From: Eledone cirrhosa
Lineage: Eukaryota
Direction of reading: 5' to 3'
Assembly (NCBI GenBank): GCA_964016885.1
Contig: OZ024743.1
Span: 148,676,001-148,740,000 of the forward strand
DNA: 64,000 nucleotides
A program made the position numbers and the translations under genes. Positions 13,730-25,346 of this stretch are shown in pieces (position 1 is the stretch's first letter; every line of letters begins with the position of its first letter). The notes beneath the pieces are model-generated. The model ran no database searches, had not been told where the DNA came from, and saw only the letters and a list, made by a program, of their open reading frames with translations.

Positions 13730-13997
13730 ACAAAAACAAAATACAATAACACCCTCATCACAACTATTGTCATTACCACCACTACCAACAACAACAATAA
13801 CAAGAAACAACATCATCAGCACCATTATCATCACTACCACCACCAACAATAACAAACAAGATGAACATCATTATCACCATCACCACAACCACCAACAACA
13901 CCAAACATCGACACTGTTAACACTATGAAAATGACAATGACAACCACTACCACCACCACCACCAGCAACAACAACAACAACTGCAACAACAGCAGCT
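13730..13997. repeat. (CAA/CAC/CAT)n low-complexity tract
   Basis: Degenerate trinucleotide repeats are visible. Confidence 0.85.
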
Positions 13998-15494
13998 AAT
14001 GAGAATAGGGAAATATTTGAGAGTATTATTGTATTGTATTTACAACTATTATTGTATTGATTACCACCAGCACCAACACATTATTGTGGGAGATGATTTT
14101 TGTGAAGAAAATACATTACAACTGTTTTTTTTTTCTTTTTTAAGAAATGATTCTACTCATACTGCTGCTGCTGTATGTTTAGCATTTCCATGAAAGTCTT
14201 TGAATTATATACAGCATTGTTGCCCTTTTATACCTTCTTGTTCCCCTTCTTTACCCCCTTTTCCCTTTTCTATTACTTCTTTTCATCGTTATCAGCATTT
14301 ATATTTTGATTATTTCTCTTAAATTTATTATTATTATACTTATAAGTCCTAAGTGTCATGTGTAATTGTTGGGTGGTGTACTGAGGTTTGATAAAGTCCA
14401 GTATACATCTCCCTCAAATGGGTGAATGAAAAAACCATTAGTTTGTGGAGGTGAAACACTGATTGAAATATTAAACTACCATCAACATCATCATCATCAT
14501 CATCCTTCCGTCCATCCAACCAGTTTTTCATGCTGCAAGGGTTTGATGTGTCACCACTATCTATCTTATCTAACATACACAGAAACAGTGAAAACCAGAC
14601 CACTTTAGTGTCATGTATATTTCACAAAGTGGGATTGAAGCGTTTTATTGTGCCACCAATACTGGAGAGGTCTTACTTGAGAATGTCTAAAAAGCACCTT
14701 CTACCTTGTATCAGTTCTTCTTTGGGGTTATTGACCTCCTTGGTAGGTAGCCTGTGATGCACCCTCTGGAGTCCATGTCTTGTACATATTTTGGAAAATA
14801 ATCCACTACACAGTGGATTGTGTTTTTTATAGTTTATTTTTTTAATTAGACCACTTTATTCTACACATGCCTCAGTTAATCTATATGGAGAAAGAACAAG
14901 TATCAGCTCTTTTATAGAATAAATAAATAATTCTTCTACAATATATTGGATACTTACAGGGAATAGATTTATATGTGATAAACTTATCCTAGTATAAGCT
15001 AAGCAGCACACTCCTATTGGCTTACAAAAGAATAAGATCCAATGGATTTATTTTTTACATATATATTTCTATTCTTATGGCTTAATTAGCAGAGGAAATA
15101 GAGAATTCGTAATCCCTGTTATGGACTTTGTTACTTGTGAAGAACTGAGAAGTTATCCTCAGATCAGACATCGAGACATAATGCATGCAACTGAATGGAT
15201 TCTGCTAAAGATAACCAAGGGCCAGATGGCAGTGTTAATCAGGGTGATGGATTAAGTTTACCACCCATTTAATAAATAGAATGTGGTTAAACAACTTAAC
15301 CCTAATGTGTAGACCACAGTATTAAATGCACTACATTAGTAATAAAGTTCCATTTACTAGTATTCAGAGTTCAAATCAGGTAGTGGATGTTTGGAAAAGA
15401 CATCAGAATCTGACTTGAGTCTAGTCTTCTATTAAACTTCACAGCAGAGTTACCAGAGATTAATTAGGAATCAGTAGCAACCCTGATTTATTTA

Positions 15495-15962
15495 GAGGAG
15501 AAAAAGAGATGAAAGTGAGAGAAAGATGACTGTGAGAATGAGAGAAATATATTTATATATATTTATACACACACACAAATATATATATGTGTGTGTGTAG
15601 AGAGAGAGAGAGCGAGAGAGAGAGAGAGAGCGAGAGAGAGAAAGAGCAGATATCAAAGGGAAAGGTAAAAAGGTGTTGAAGATATGAGAAGAGAAATAAG
15701 AAATATAAACAAAGAAAGAAAGGAAAGAAAGGAGGAAGGAAGCAGGGACGGAAGGAAGAACGGCTAATGGAAAGAAAGAATGAAGGAAAAAAGAAAGGCA
15801 GACAGGAACCAACAAAAAAAAAACAAGAAACAAAAACATAAAGAAAGAAAAACATGAAAATAAAATAAAGAAATAGAAATAATAAATTTAAAAAATGAAG
15901 TAGAAAAGAAAAAATAAAGAAATGGAAAGAAAAACGAAGAAGCAGAAAGAAAGGACTGAAAG
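15495..15962. repeat. Purine-rich (GA)n/(GAAA)n low-complexity tract
   Basis: Visible directly; source of the F/L/S-rich spurious ORFs. Confidence 0.85.
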
Positions 15963-16349
15963 AGTTCTTTGGTAAATTCCAGCACATTGTTGTTTCTTTT
16001 TAATGACATGATAGTTTATTGTTAGATTTTCTATTCTTCTTAAAGTTCTCTACAAAATCATGTATGTGTGTACCTGCATGGTTGTATGAATGTGTGCATG
16101 TGTGTGTGTGTGTGAATCTGCATGCATCTGTCTGAGTAGTCATGATTCTATGAGTGCATGCAACTGAGTGTGGTGTGCATATTCATATATGTTTGCATCT
16201 GTGTGCAGTGGTGATTATACAAGTGTATGTATACTTGTATGTTTTGTGGTCATGTATATCTATGTACATGTGTGTGTTTGCATGCATGAAATCATGCAGG
16301 GATTCATGAACACATGCATACATGTGTACATATATTGTGTGTATAAATG

Positions 16350-16382
16350 TGTGAATGCATATATATACACACACACATGCAC

Positions 16383-16440
<58 letters not shown>

Positions 16441-16559
16441 GTAAACATACACACACATATATGTGTGTGTGTGTATATATATATGTGTGTGTGTGTATAT
16501 ATATATCCATGTGTATATATATATCCATGTGTGTGTACGTATATATACACACACACACA

Positions 16560-16608
<49 letters not shown>

Positions 16609-16640
16609 TTGTATATATATATACGTACACACACATGGAT
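16350..16640. repeat. (TA)n/(CA)n/(TG)n compound microsatellite
   Basis: Visible directly. Confidence 0.95.
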
Positions 16641-18770
16641 GCCTAGATATATATGCCTGTATGTACATGTTACTTCGTGAATGTGTGTGTAAATACATGC
16701 ATGCTTGTCTCTGACTGTGGACGTGTAAGTATGTACATGTCTGAATATGTGTGTATTTGAAAGACATGATTTTCTATGCTTCAGGTATAAATATGTTTCC
16801 TTGTTGTTTATTTATTTTATTTTTTCTGCTGTTGTTTTTTCATGAGGGCACGGGAGTGGGGAAAGCTATTTGAATGCAGTATATCATATGATATCCCATC
16901 ATCATTCATGTCATCTTCATCAACAACAACACTATTGTCATTGTCATCATCATCAATGTTGTCCTCATCCTCATCCTTTTTATCATCATCATCCTCATCA
17001 TTATTATCATCAGCATTTTTATTGTCATTACATTTTTAATATTGTCATTATTATCAGAGAAAGTAGGGCAGGAACATTAGTTGACTTTAACAGTAAAATA
17101 CAATAAGCATTTAAAGCTATTTCTCTGCTAAATTAGATGATTAGTCTATCATAGCCTCATGACAGTATTTAACTTGTATTTCTCATGGTTTCCTATTGAG
17201 TCAATGTTTTATACCCTGATACTTTTCATCTTGCCAACTTGTTTAATGCCTCTCATCACATGCAAGGATACAGGGTATCTATGTTTAGATTTTAGTTTGA
17301 TTAACTTTTTAACCAAATTGGATCATATTCCATCTTTGATTTTATATAACTTAACATTCTGAAGAATAATAACAAAACAATTTGCACATTCTATACATGC
17401 CAATGATTTCAAAATTGTTACCTCTACCCTGCAGAAAACTTGTATTGAGTCTTTTATTTGAGAGTCAGTATTACTGTGTTCACCAATAGATCATCACTAT
17501 ATATATATCACCGTCATCATCATCATTTAACATCTATTTACTCTGCCAACAAGGGTTTGATAGGCCAACACTACTGACATTGCAGATGAGCCAGAGGACC
17601 ACTTCTTGCTTATATACATTCCTGAAACTCTACCAGGTGAACTTGGTGCATTGTATCATGACATCTTCATAAGGGAAGCTGTCATGCCCTTTACAAAAAT
17701 GAAGTGTCCTCCTAGAACTGTATTTGATGAGTTTCTATTGTTGGATGCTCTTCCTAACATCAACTACTTTCCAGAGTGTAGTGGGTGCAATTATCTGGCT
17801 TGTTAAGGCTGAATCCATGAACTATCAGCTTATATATGACTGTATTATCTCATGCATTCTTCCTTTCTTAAAAATAGTAGGGTATGATGTTTCAGGATGA
17901 TTTAGTTGATATTTCTAGCAGCTTGAATAAGCATGTAGTAACTCCCTTATAGACTTATGATTTTATAGTCTGTTGCATTATATATCAGAAGTATTGGAGT
18001 TTCAAAGAGGACTGGTGAATAGTCTTTCCTTGAGTTCCTTCATCACTCAGTCATTTTGGCTTCGTAAAGAAATGAGGGTGCAAAAATACAATGCTCGAGA
18101 AATTTACAATTTTTTGGCATCTTTTATACTGGAATTTAAATTAAAAACAGGTTTTTACATCCTGTGATTTAGAATTTAACACATGTGTTCATGATTGAAA
18201 CAAGATTTCACATCAAGGCTATAAAAGTTAGAACCAGTAGGAGTGTTATTGTTGTTAAGGTTTCTACTCAGTTTTGTACTGTAACAAAGTTAGTTGATCA
18301 AAGAAACATTTGATCAGTATTCTAACTGGCAATCCTGTTTTTTATTTTTATTTTATGCTTTTGTAATTCATGATATCTCTTAAGAACAAGGAATTAAAAC
18401 ATGTATCATACTTAAAAGATATATATATATATATCAGATTGTTTATTAAGGAAGATGTGACGTGATTATTGCATTGAGCAATTAGGACAACTACCTAGTA
18501 ATTCCCTTGTTTCATTGTAGCTTTTTGTTTCTTGTTGCTTCATTTCAATGTAAAGTGTGTTTGGGTGAATCCACAGAAGAAGGCATGTGGACTCACAATC
18601 ATAATACCATTGGTTCAATTTCTGAACTCGGTAACTGTTGTGTTTTCAACAAAACAGTTCATTTCTTGTTGTTACAGTTCACTCAACTAAAAATGGGTAC
18701 CAGCCATAGCCTGTGATGGACTGGCATCTGGTAATTGGAGCATAACAAAGGTTCTTTCATAATCTTATGA

Positions 18771-18869
18771 TGGAAGTTTTTTTGATAAATATAAGCAATT
18801 TTACATCGAAAGGATTACAGGTGTTCCAGTTCTGACCATCCCATCTTTTGATATACAAAGTAGTGGCAT
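18771..18869 (+). repeat. 99-bp segment duplicated exactly at 20030-20128
   Basis: tggaagtttttttgataaat...agtagtggcat appears identical at both sites on read-through. Confidence 0.9.
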
Positions 18870-19033
18870 AGCAAAGGTACACAGCACCTGAAGAGAAAAA
18901 TACTTTTGATGTTTGCTCCTTTTATTTACAGGTACAATTTGTTCAAAGTATTCTTCTTCTGCGTGATTTGTCGGAGAAGAATTGGCTGCTATTTCTAGTA
19001 TTAAGTGACAGTGTAGAAATTCAACACACACAC

Positions 19034-19071
<38 letters not shown>

Positions 19072-19342
19072 TCTTAATATTTTCCTGATTTTAGTTATTT
19101 GACTTCACCCATGAAGTGGCACAACTTTGAAGAGGTTTAGTCAATCATAAAGGCCCCATTACTTTTTACACTCATACGGCATTGGTCAAACTAACTGTAT
19201 AGCAGAAGACTATAGGAGATGCTACACAGTAAGACTGAATTGAAGACCACAAAGTTGCTATGTAAACTCCTAAATCTAACAACCATACTCATGACTAAAA
19301 TTTGAAAAAGGTTTACAACTTATTGTTAGACTATTCTAATAA

Positions 19343-19501
19343 GGGCGTTGGATTGGCAGTATCGGTAGAGGGTCGGACGTCATGCTTTGCAGCAAAGAGT
19401 TACGGCCCTTTATGGTCTGAGTTCAAATGCTGCCGAGGTTAACTTTGCCTTTCATCCTTACAGGGGTCGATAAAATAAAGTGCCAAAAGTAGAAACAATT
19501 A
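19343..19501 (+). mobile_element. SINE family A with TSD
   Basis: Consensus match; direct repeat ttagactattct at 19326-19337 and 19502-19513. Confidence 0.9.
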
Positions 19502-19648
19502 TTAGACTATTCTGTAGTAAAAAAAATATGGCAAAAACCACTAATTCAATTCAATATTCAAATTTCTCTGCCATCTTCTAAACACATGATGTTACATATA
19601 TGTCTGTGTGTGAGTATGTATGTGTTTATGTATATATATATATATATA

Positions 19649-20274
19649 TGATGGCTGAAAACTCTGCTAAGAGTATTGCAATCGCTTGTTAGATTACAGA
19701 AAATGGTGCACTTTTAGGCAACCGCCACCCACATGAACCTGTAACATATCCTGAACAGGCAATTGCCTGTGCTTTGAAGGTTTTTAAGTGGGGAAAGGCT
19801 TTGCACTTGACCAATCCCACTTTCTGAGAATCAAAAACACTACCCAAAAAGGAGAACTGGTCAACATCATTGGATGCTTCCGAAGCCGCAGGTTTTTTTC
19901 AGAGTTTCCGTCTCCTAGAAAGGTGTTGTATCAACAACTGGGAGCCTTTCACTTCCAGGTGAAAAAAAACAAAACAAAACAAAACCACTAATTGGATGGC
20001 CGTTGACTCTACTGAGTTCTTCCACCCTTTGGAAGTTTTTTTGATAAATATAAGCAATTTTACATCGAAAGGATTACAGGTGTTCCAGTTCTGACCATCC
20101 CATCTTTTGATATACAAAGTAGTGGCATTGTATATCATCATGCAGAGTGTCCAAATACCACCCTCCTCACCAAGTAAGCTTGGTGGGGTTGCCGGTTTAG
20201 TCGCCAATGACCCAACCATGAGACAGGTTGTACTGGGTTACATGTTACCAGTAGCACTCGAGAGTGACCTGACA
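19649..20274 (-). mobile_element. Non-autonomous element derived from an RTE-type 5' region (homolog of 55165-55730)
   Basis: Shares ggcgactaaaccggcaaccccaccaag..ttggtgaggagggt, gtcaacggccatccaa, aaacctgcggct and the cagccatcat end with 55165-55730. ctaggagacggaaactctgaa resembles RTE 5' UTR motifs. Confidence 0.6.
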
Positions 20275-20304
20275 TATATATATATATCATTATCATCATC
20301 ATCA

Positions 20305-20491
20305 GGGCGGTGGATTGGCAGTATCGGTGGAGGGTCGGACGCCATGCTTTCCAGCATAGTTTCGTCCCTTTATGATCTGAGTTCAAATCCCACCGAGGTT
20401 GACTTTGCCTTTCATCCTTCCGGGGTCGATAAAATAAAGTAGCAGTAATGCACTGGTAATTGCTGGCCTTGTGCCTAACGTAGAAACAATT
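20305..20491 (+). mobile_element. SINE family A inserted into the (CAT)n tail of an RTE-tail element
   Basis: Consensus match; tatcatcatcat on both sides. Confidence 0.88.
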
Positions 20492-20670
20492 ATCATCATC
20501 ATTTAACATCCATTTTCCACGCTAGCATGGGTTAGACAGGTTGTCCAATTAGAGGCAAGTTGGATCAGATGACCGTGTCTTGCTCATATAGAACTGTTTC
20601 TGGCTAGGTTTCTATGGCTGGATGCCCCTCCTAACGCTAACCACATTTACAGTGTGTACTGGGAGCTTTT
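20492..20670 (-). mobile_element. RTE 3'-UTR-type fragment
   Basis: catcatcatttaacatcc..gctagcatgggttagac..ggctggatgcccctcctaacgc resembles the LINE 3' UTR at 28552-28800. Confidence 0.8.
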
Positions 20671-21171
20671 TGTCATCTTTTTTCGTCCATTTTTTTCCTT
20701 TGCTTCTTTCTTCCTAATTCCTTTATGGGCCAACACACTTATAGCCACTGATTTCTTTCCTTTGAGGTAAATTTTACCTGACACTGTCATTGATGGCATT
20801 TTGCTGTTTTAACAGCTTCCTTGCATTGAGTTCTTCCCATTTTTTTACAAATTCTAATACACTCGTACCTCAAACTTGATTTTTTAGATAACTTTGTATG
20901 TGTATATATATATATAATAGTAATAAACGAAAGATATATTTTATTGTATATGTCCCACCCTTGCAAGCAGGACGTAAAATGATGATAATTTTGAAGATAT
21001 AAAGTTTTATGTATAACTGGGAGAATAATTACAGTTCGTTTAAACGTTTAATAAATTATTTAGAATATAACGTAATTAGATTGGTCAGAAAACAAAACAA
21101 AAATTGACCGTTATTACAAATCAACTAAGTCTTTTTTCATTGATATACATATTATTTAGTTATGTTCATTC

Positions 21172-21393
21172 CAGAAAAAGAAAGTGTCACCTTAGGTTTC
21201 AAGGCCCAGTTATGAGCATCTCCCCAGGCTGTGCATAGTTATGCAAAATGGGTGGAGCAATGATCAGAGCCATGACCTATTCATGTGCCTGATGACTAGG
21301 TCATGGCTTGGATCACTCCTCCACCACCGCGCACCGTATGGGGTGATAACTATAACTGGACCTTGAAACCTAAGATAGAACTTTCCTGTTCTG
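21172..21393. mobile_element. Fold-back MITE (about 222 bp)
   Basis: About 42-bp imperfect TIRs (cagaaaaagaaagtgtcaccttaggtttcaaggcccagttat / ataactggaccttgaaacctaagatagaactttcctgttctg) plus an inner stem agccatgaccta..taggtcatggct. Confidence 0.7.
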
Positions 21394-21622
21394 TCATCAT
21401 CATCATCGTCGATTAACCTCTATCTTCCATGCTAGCATGGGTTAGATGGGTTTGTCCCAACAGAGGCAAGTTGGGTCGGGTGACCGTATCTCACTCATAT
21501 AGGAGAGTTTCTGGCTGGTTTTCTACGGCTGGATGCCCTTCCTAATGCCAACAACATAGACAGTGTGTGCTGGGTACTTTTTATTGTGAGACCTACACGA
21601 TCACTTTACAGTGTGGGCTGTG
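21394..21622 (-). mobile_element. RTE 3'-UTR-type fragment
   Basis: (CAT)n tail plus conserved gctagcatgggttaga and ggctggatgcccttcctaatgccaac. Confidence 0.8.
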
Positions 21623-23249
21623 TATGAACATAAATAAATAATATATCAACTCTCTCACACTAGATTGAGCACTGTTTTCCTTCTTCCATTTTCACATACA
21701 TGGATATGTTTTGCTACATATACATATATATATATGCGTGTGTGTATGTGTTTATCTTCATCTTCTCTTGTATGAGGGGTCACAGGTGGTTGCCATTTGT
21801 CTGATTGAGATCAGAGATCAATTATCAGTTTCCAGAGCTCACTGTGCAGAGGTCAACAAACTTGGGACCCATGTATATATACACACACACACACAAACAC
21901 TCATATATATATATGTATATATATACAAATGCATTATATAAAAATGAATTACTGATTAAAATAATAATGTTATAATGTTAAAAAAGTTATGTTTTCTAGG
22001 CTAACCCGCTTTTTTTTTTGTTTGCCATGAATGATGGCAGTGAGGTAGTTGCTTACTGTTGAAATCAGTTCACATTTAGTAGACCTATGATCAAAGACAT
22101 TCCATGTATGACCATCTAATCATTTTCTATCAGTCACAGTATATAAAAGTGAACAACACTATCCAATATGTTCCTGTCTATTACTCTATCACATGTTCCA
22201 GCCAACAGGCTGAAGCCATGCTGAGGCAGTACTTTTCATTTAATTTTTTAAAATGTTTTTATGTAATTTGAGGGAAATTTGGCAACTATTTCTAGCAGTT
22301 TCAAGTGACCTATATAAAGTTTCCTTTGTTGATACTGTGCTGGTGTTATTGTTATTGTTTTTGCTACTGGCACCATAATTAATCCCTCTAATATTGTGAC
22401 AGCAGTCAGAATATTCTAAGCAGTTTAAAAAAAAAACATTTCAATATAGGGTGTGGCTTCTGAAGGGGATTAAAGGAATTAAACTGAAAGGGTTTGTGTA
22501 CAAGAAAGACCAAAATAACAAAAGAAAAACAAACAATGACATCACTCCCACTTAACTTTCTTAGACTTATCCTCCCCTTTGCCTGCCCCTCCCAGTATAA
22601 ATATTCCTACTACTACCACTACCACAAGAAGCAGTGATTATTATCATCATCTTTATGGAAATATTTTTCCAGATGGAGGAGATTTCATTGTCAGTGGGTG
22701 GGGTGAAGTTAGTATCATTTTATCTTGGAAATAGTTTCTACATATCAGATTTTAGTAGCAAGTCTTCCTTGGTTAGAAGGAAAAAGGACGTATCTGACAA
22801 TAGAACAAGACAATAATGATGAGGATAATGATGGTGATGGTAGTTTCGGTATTAATGGTGGCAGTAGTACTGTTGATAATGATGGTGATATTGTTGGCAG
22901 TGTTGTTGGTATTCCTTGGTGTTTATTGGTGTTTGTTAGTAGCGTTGATGATGGGGCTGTTAGTGTTTTGTTGTAGCAGTATTTATGATGGTAGAGAGAG
23001 TTGAGTGTAGGGGTTTGATGTTTATACCATTGGTCATATTGTTTTTGTTTTTGCTGATAAAAAGAAGTAATTATATTCATAACGGTTCTGTTTCCAAGGT
23101 AATATTTCATGGATGGATGCCCTTTCTGTCACTAACTCTTTTAGTCGCATCTTGCAACATGCAGGAATATAATGTACCTATTCTAAAGCTATTACTTACT
23201 TATGCTATAATATATATTATGTATAATTAGCCAAGTTTGGGAGATTATT

Positions 23250-23625
23250 GTTGTTACTGGGTTTAGGAGATCAGCAAAGTATTCTCTCCATCTTATGAGG
23301 ATGCACCTCTCTGAAGAGAGGATAACCCTAGGCATGTTCCTGATAGCAGGTATGGAGGAGGACTTCTTATTACAAAGTCAGCAGATGGTCTACCAGAACA
23401 CTCTATTTGCTGATCTGGTCAGATTCCAGCTTAAATATGAAGTTCCCCCACCCCATGTCTTAACTTTGGACACCTTTACTGCCTCTGCTGTGCCTTTTTG
23501 TGCCTGCTTGTACTGCAAGTGCCAGAAAGGGGACTTATTTCCAGGCCAAGCTTTGTGAGCCATTGTCTTTGCTCAGATGACATCTTTGAACCAAGCAGTC
23601 CTCCTGTTGTTGCACCAAGCTGCTT
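23250..23625 (-). pseudogene. Decayed RTE (Rex3/Expander-like) ORF fragment, endonuclease-RT linker
   Basis: Hand translation gives RRTAWFKDVI*AKTMAHKAWPGNKS..YKQAQKGTAEAVKVSKVKTW then SANRVFW*TI..ILIRWREYFADLLNPVT, a typical RTE linker with stops. Confidence 0.7.
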
Positions 23626-23714
23626 TCACCCATAGAATTTTCTGATGTACATGAGGTGGATCTGGGAGAGATGACTAACCTCATGGAGGCTGAAGTTACA
23701 TGAGCAATTAAAGA

Positions 23715-23764
23715 GAGAAGAAGAAGAAGAAGAAGAAGAAGAAGAAGAAGAAGAAGAAGAAGAA
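23715..23764. repeat. (GAA)n microsatellite
   Basis: Visible directly. Confidence 0.95.
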
Positions 23765-24308
23765 ATTATTTTAGGCTAATCCTCCAAGTTAATGAGAGGC
23801 TGGGATTAGAAATTGATTTATCATGATTTAGAGTCCATTTGGATATAATCTTTTCAAGACTAACAACAAAGTCACACATTCTTGAATATTACTGCTACTG
23901 TGAAGCCCTAGGTCAGCCCAAATTGTTCAAGTGTTCAATCAAAGACATGAAAGTCATGAATATCCTGCTGAATTTTTGTTTTGTTTCTGTATATAAAAAT
24001 GTCATCTTGTCCAATGTGTCCTTCCTTTTGTTAAGGTTTGAGAGAAGTTTAACTGTTATCCCTAGAAAATCAAGTAGCTGTATAAAAGGCCACGTGTTTT
24101 GTTTTTTTGTTGTTGCTTTTAATGTTGCTTGTGTTTATCAGTTTATGTGCCTGATGTTCTGAATAAATATGAGGTTAAGCAGTTTGTCTCATAATGTTTT
24201 GCTTTCATGTTTAATCCCTCACTATCATGCTTTTGACAAGTGACTTCTGCTATAACATTGGTTTGAACTAAGCCTGGTAAGAGAATTTGGTCTAGCCAGA
24301 AAGTTTAA

Positions 24309-24529
24309 CACTTTAGCATTTAAACTGGCTATATCTGGCCAGAATTCTCTCTCCTCTTTCTTTTCAAACAGGCCATAACTGGCTGCTCATACTGACATTA
24401 AGTTATTGTTCTCAAAATAAATGATATCGAAATCTCTTAGATTTAATACTATGTGAGATAATTATGTGAGATAGAGCCTTTACTATAAAAATAAAATAGT
24501 AAATATAGAGTAATGTAAATGCTAAAGGG
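24309..24529. mobile_element. piggyBac-like MITE inserted into SINE family D
   Basis: TTAA|cactttagcattta ... taaatgctaaaggg|TTAA (TTAA at 24305-24308 and 24530-24533). Confidence 0.75.
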
Positions 24530-25346
24530 TTAAGGAAGTCTATTAACTGTACTGTAATTGATAGGAATACAGGGTGGAATGTTTGCTTCAGATTTGCTTA
24601 TTTTTACACACTTCTTTGTCATTTACTAGATCCTTGCTACTATTATGTACCATTTGTTCAGTTGCAATATGCTGTTAAATACACTCTTACCACAGCAGCT
24701 ATTTTAGTATTGGCTACTAGTCTTGATTATCCTCGGGTCAGTATTGAATGAAAAGTTGTTCAATTGAAAGTTGTTAGATAAAAGGTCATTTAATGAAAAC
24801 CATTTGATAAAAAGTTTTTTTTTTAAAATGATTTTTCGATATGGGCATGCAAAGAAAAGTCATTTGATAAAAGTTGTGCCACAGGAATAATTACATGAAG
24901 TTGAAAGTTGACTTATTCTATCTCCTCTGCCATCTCTCCTTATCTTACAAAGAAACATGTACCAATAGCAAATTTCATACTAGGATGCTCTACTTAAATA
25001 TCATATGACTGAAATTTATTTATATAATATATATATATATGTATATATAAAAAGTCATAAAGAACATATATATATTTAAACATAATCATAGACACATATA
25101 TGAGAGTGGGCTACTTTCAACAGTGTGGCAATGAATGAATGAATTGGGTAAATTTTATCTGACCGTTCTTCAAATTTATATATCAGCAGCAGAATTTTAT
25201 ATTTTATATGCTTGCATGGATTAGACAAGTTGGTCTGAGATTAGACAAATAGGTCAAATAACTGTTTTGATCATACGTTCCATTTTGGTGTATTTTCTAT
25301 GGCTGGATGCCTTTCCTAATGCCAACCAGGTATGCTTTCTCATGAC

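Noticed and set aside
18771-20128. The 99-bp direct repeat read as a TSD or LTR pair
   Set aside because: The second copy lies inside an element rather than flanking it, and there is no PBS, PPT or internal LTR-element sequence.
21346-21365. taactataac resembling the start of an rRNA homing-endonuclease site
   Set aside because: Only 10 nt match, inside a MITE arm, with no rRNA context.
22745-23110. Ser/Thr/Pro-rich and Val/Met-rich ORFs
   Set aside because: Derived from degenerate (GAT/GGT/GTT)n repeats.
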